From Podarcis erhardii (Eukaryota): a DNA stretch of 64,000 bases. The notes under the pieces were generated by a model. It did no database searches and was not told the origin of the DNA. It saw only the letters and a list, made by a program, of their open reading frames with translations. The stretch's first letter is position 1. Each line of letters starts with the position of its first letter. The position numbers and the translations under genes are program-made. The stretch is taken from NCBI GenBank assembly GCA_964252035.1, contig OZ176203.1; one strand, given 5' to 3'. Shown here piece after piece: positions 60,324 through 64,000 of this stretch.

Positions 60324-62074
60324 CTAGAAGTTAAGAGTGCATGACTACTCAGTAGTAAGCTCCAGTGTTTGAAGACGCTTATTCCCCAGTAATTATTTTG
60401 AGAACTGCTGCCTAAATCTCAGAGTAAGCGGGTGGGGTGCTTTCCATATCTAGTGTAGGGATAGAAGAGGATTTCGTTCAGTCCACATTTTAAAGCGAAG
60501 TGACCTAATTTGTATTCCCAGACAAATACACAGATCTGAATGTAATTATCCTTCAAATTTCACACTTCTCTCCAAATTTTGTAATACAGTTCTTACCTCA
60601 AAAAAAATGTATTAGAATGCATTTAATGTTCAGGATAGTATATAGAAATGTGCACACTGAGATAAAATACGCATGTAAACACAATTTTTGTACAGATTTT
60701 TAAAGAAAAGAAACACCACATATTTGTGCAGAAATGGGAGGGAAAAGACATTTGAATGAATGCATGAGTAATTGACATGGATCAGAGATAATTTATCTAT
60801 CCATCCCAAATATGGTGCCCATGTGAGTAAATGCACATGAATGCACATGAAAGCCTCCGATGCCATTTCATGCACTATTTTGAACTGTTGATAATCAATT
60901 ATAGAACTGTCACTACCCCCCTGCCCAAGAGTGTCTCTTGCCTGAAGAAGAAATATATTTAGGACTTTTAAAAGAGTGCAGGGCTGCATTTTGTAGGCTA
61001 AATGGATATGCCACACTTCACATGGAATAGAGACTTCAGAATTATGTAATAGGGAGAGGCTTTAGGCAAGTAATCATTTTGGTGAATATAACTTGCTGCA
61101 GCTTCTGAACCAACCTCGAGGGTAGCACCATGCACTGCCCACTAAAATTAGTATATCCATGAGGTCACCAATGGCTGAATGATTATAGCCAGCCACTGTC
61201 AATATAAAGTGATTGAAACAAAAACAGAAAACCTACCATTTTTATGATCAATGTAAAGACTATCTCATGTCACAAACTATGCTTCCTTACAAATGAAACT
61301 CCATGCACCCATATTTGTCCTTGGTTTTAAACCCTTTGCCCCATCCTGTGGACCTGATCAAATTCAGGACCTTTGTTCTAATAAATTCTCAATCCAGTAA
61401 TTTCCCCCCTGCCAGTGAAGTCACCCACTCCATTCATCTCTCTTCCCCCACCCCGGATAATCACACATGTACACATGTTGATGTGAGGATGGAATGGAAA
61501 GGCTAAACCATGCATTCTGCCTTAAACTCTATGGGTGAAACCTGGAACATAGATGTCACAAATAAATATTCAAGTAAGACTGCAGTTTCTTCTTTCAGTT
61601 CCGTTTACTTCAGTAGGGTTAACAGTGTTTAAACTGAAACATTTTAGCTTTTGTATTCTGGATCAGATAGTGCATGCCCAATGGTACTCCCACGGAAGAA
61701 TGTCAAGGGCAATTACTCTAAAATTGCATTCGCAAAAATTAGCAACACCTTTTCAAAATGCAAATGAATTTAATTAAGTTTATTGAACAGAGCAGAAAAT
61801 CTAGTTAATCAGAACTAAAGTGCAGCTCCTTTATCACGTTGCTTGCTGTCACTATGATCGTTGTCTATCAAAATGTCTCTCAGCCTTAATGGAGCATGTG
61901 GCTTTCCAGCTGTAGTTGGCATCCAGGGCTTCTTTTCAGCTGGAACGTGCTGGAACTCAGGTCTGGCATCTCTCAGGTGGGCACTATTGTCATTATAAGA
62001 GAACAAGGGAGGTATTCATTGTGAGTTTTGGCACCTCTTTTTCTGGATATATAGCACTGTTGGCATCCACATAC

Positions 62075-62150
62075 TTTCAAGTAGCAAGAAAGGGACAGTC
62101 ATGTTGGACATAGTCTCATGGTCGGAAGCTCCGGGCCATCTGCTTGTATC
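62075..62150 (-). other. Candidate 76-nt exon
   Basis: Strong acceptor cttctccttccttttttcag| and donor GAAA|gtatgt. Open in phase 0 (DTSRWPGASDHETMSNMTVPFLLLE). Confidence 0.35.
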
Positions 62151-62919
62151 CTGAAAAAAGGAAGGAGAAGCAATATCTGACCCAGTGGAGACAAGACTGT
62201 CTTTCCTGGTTTAAACATGTCCTCTTTAAAGACCTAGCTTCCCTGCAGAGAAGGACTGTCATAGTTCTTTTCTCTCTCTCCCCCTGCCTCTGTTCCTGCC
62301 AAAGAAAGAGGAAGGAGATGTAACCACGGGCTGGGATGTCAGCTTGTGCAATTTTTCATACAAATCCCTATGGAAAACTAAACAAAGAGCATCTGTAGGC
62401 TTGTATATCAGTGTTCCATCATGGAACTGACATTGCAGATGTCAGCTGGATTTGGGTGATGTATATGGTCATTGGCCAAAGAAGGATGGCATTCGAACAC
62501 CCTCCATCAGCGAACAACGTCTGCTGTAGAGTGCTGCTGGATCTAATAACTAGCTGCGTTGCAGCTTTTTGGTGCAACCTTAGATGAATTGCTCAACCCT
62601 GCACCTCAGCTCCATATTTATTAAGGTATACAGCATTTTTGTCCATGCTGGTTCAGTTTGTTTGTTTTTTTATATAAATGATTGGTTTATAATATTACTC
62701 TGTGCTCCATGCATCAGATGCTGTTTTAATGTGGCATCTTAACAAACACTGGTAATACTGAATGGATGAGTTTCTCTAAGCTCTATTTGAAGCAGGCGTA
62801 CCTAAAATGTGACAATTTGGGATTCAGATTAGAGCTGAATTAACCTGCTTTAAGTTTCTGATCATTCTGAGCTCCAGGTCACACTGTGCACTAGGAATAC
62901 AATTGTGATATAGAATTAC

Positions 62920-63209
62920 TTTCTCAACACTGGGTCACTGCAACTTTCCTGAATGCGACAGAAGTAAATCCACACAGCCCCGACTTTGCTGCTCTCTGCA
63001 CTGACTAGGCAAACTGCAGCATTACCGGGTTTGAGAAGGGAACTCCATGATTCTACAACACCACACCAGGCACTACTGCTTAACTCTGTCATTAAAACAT
63101 GTAGGGCCTCAACCTGATCAGCTTTTGCTAACTCCATCATTCCTTCAGTAGATGCTGAAGTGGGCAAATTTGATGCTACTTGCTTCACAAACAACATGAA
63201 AAAATGTAA
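62920..63209 (-). CDS. Candidate 290-nt coding exon of an unidentified gene
   Basis: Stop-free 96 codons (LHFFMLFVKQVASNLP...AWCGVVESWSSLLKPG...DPVLR) bounded by ttttag| and AA|gtaatt. The frame opens and closes almost exactly at these sites. Protein not recognised. Confidence 0.3.
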
Positions 63210-64000
63210 CTAAAATTTTTATACCAAGCATATGGCTTTCTCCCATCCTAGTGCTTTTAGAATGGCTGGGACTATATTTTAAAAGCACTAATTAATTCAG
63301 ATGAGGAAGTAAGAAAATGAAGCTCCCCTTTTGTCACAATCAGGGCACAAGGGGGTTGTTTACGTTAGTGGGATTTGCTGCAATACAGAGAAGACGATTA
63401 TACTCACGAGACCTCATTTAAAAATTCCATGACTTCACTGTATATATTGCATCCATCTAACCTGAGATCCTTTTTGTCCTCTAACAGTTTTATTGCCTTT
63501 GCAATGGTAGCAGTTTCAGTGCATTTTAGGACATTCTATAGATCTGTTACATTATACAACTTATGACCATATTCTTAGTGGCTCATAATTCAAAGCAGTC
63601 ATACAGTATATCGTTATAGGAAAGGAATAGCCACAGGATTAGTTTTCAACCCAGTTTCAAAATTTTGAAAAAGTGCATTCTCAGATGTGAATTCAGTTTT
63701 GTCTTGAACCTAGGACTGGACAGATGAGTCTATATCTGGTCTGTGCCAATTTTACATGTGTCCATTCAGATGTCTGTTGCATCCAATTCCATTTGTTAAT
63801 TAAAACAAGCATCTGTACAAAAGCTTCATATTTAAAGTTGTCTTCTATCACCAAGTACAACTTTTTATACATGCATAAAATAGAAGTATGCATTTCTAAA
63901 CACATTTTATCCTAAAATAAACATTTTTAAGTCAGTTTGTTAATTTTTGGAGCTGTGAACTAAGTTGCAAAATTTGGAGAAGTGTGAAACCTGAAACATA

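Noticed and set aside
1-64000. CRISPR arrays, operons or other prokaryotic systems
   Set aside because: Eukaryotic repeat-rich DNA with no regularly spaced repeat-spacer structure.

Overview
Vertebrate genomic DNA, most likely a squamate and probably a lacertid lizard. This is inferred from the repeats (Sauria SINE, BovB, Squam3-like SINE, young L1/L2, TA-targeting and hAT MITEs). The window is repeat-rich, AT-rich intronic or intergenic sequence, and I could not identify a host protein-coding gene with confidence. A few splice-site-bounded candidate exons exist (3731-3760 +; 30169-30377 -; 60185-63209 -). Best-supported structures: (1) a young 5'-truncated L1 (14804-18421, minus) with an uninterrupted ~1100-codon ORF2 and a perfect 17-bp TSD; (2) a TSD-bounded 2.6-kb 'half-L1'-type element (24202-26829, minus) with a CpG-rich 5' UTR, an ORF1-like gene and only the last ~45 codons of ORF2; (3) a 435-bp TG..CA element with a 5-bp TSD nested in that ORF2 remnant, carrying a 110-codon open frame ending in an Arg-rich motif; (4) a second solo LTR (31971-32416); (5) BovB, RTE, L2 and CR1 fragments plus many SINEs and MITEs; (6) a Penelope-like terminus with a degenerate hammerhead ribozyme core (~34043-34075). 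There is a 553-N assembly gap at 42739-43291. Family names come from motif recognition, not database searches.
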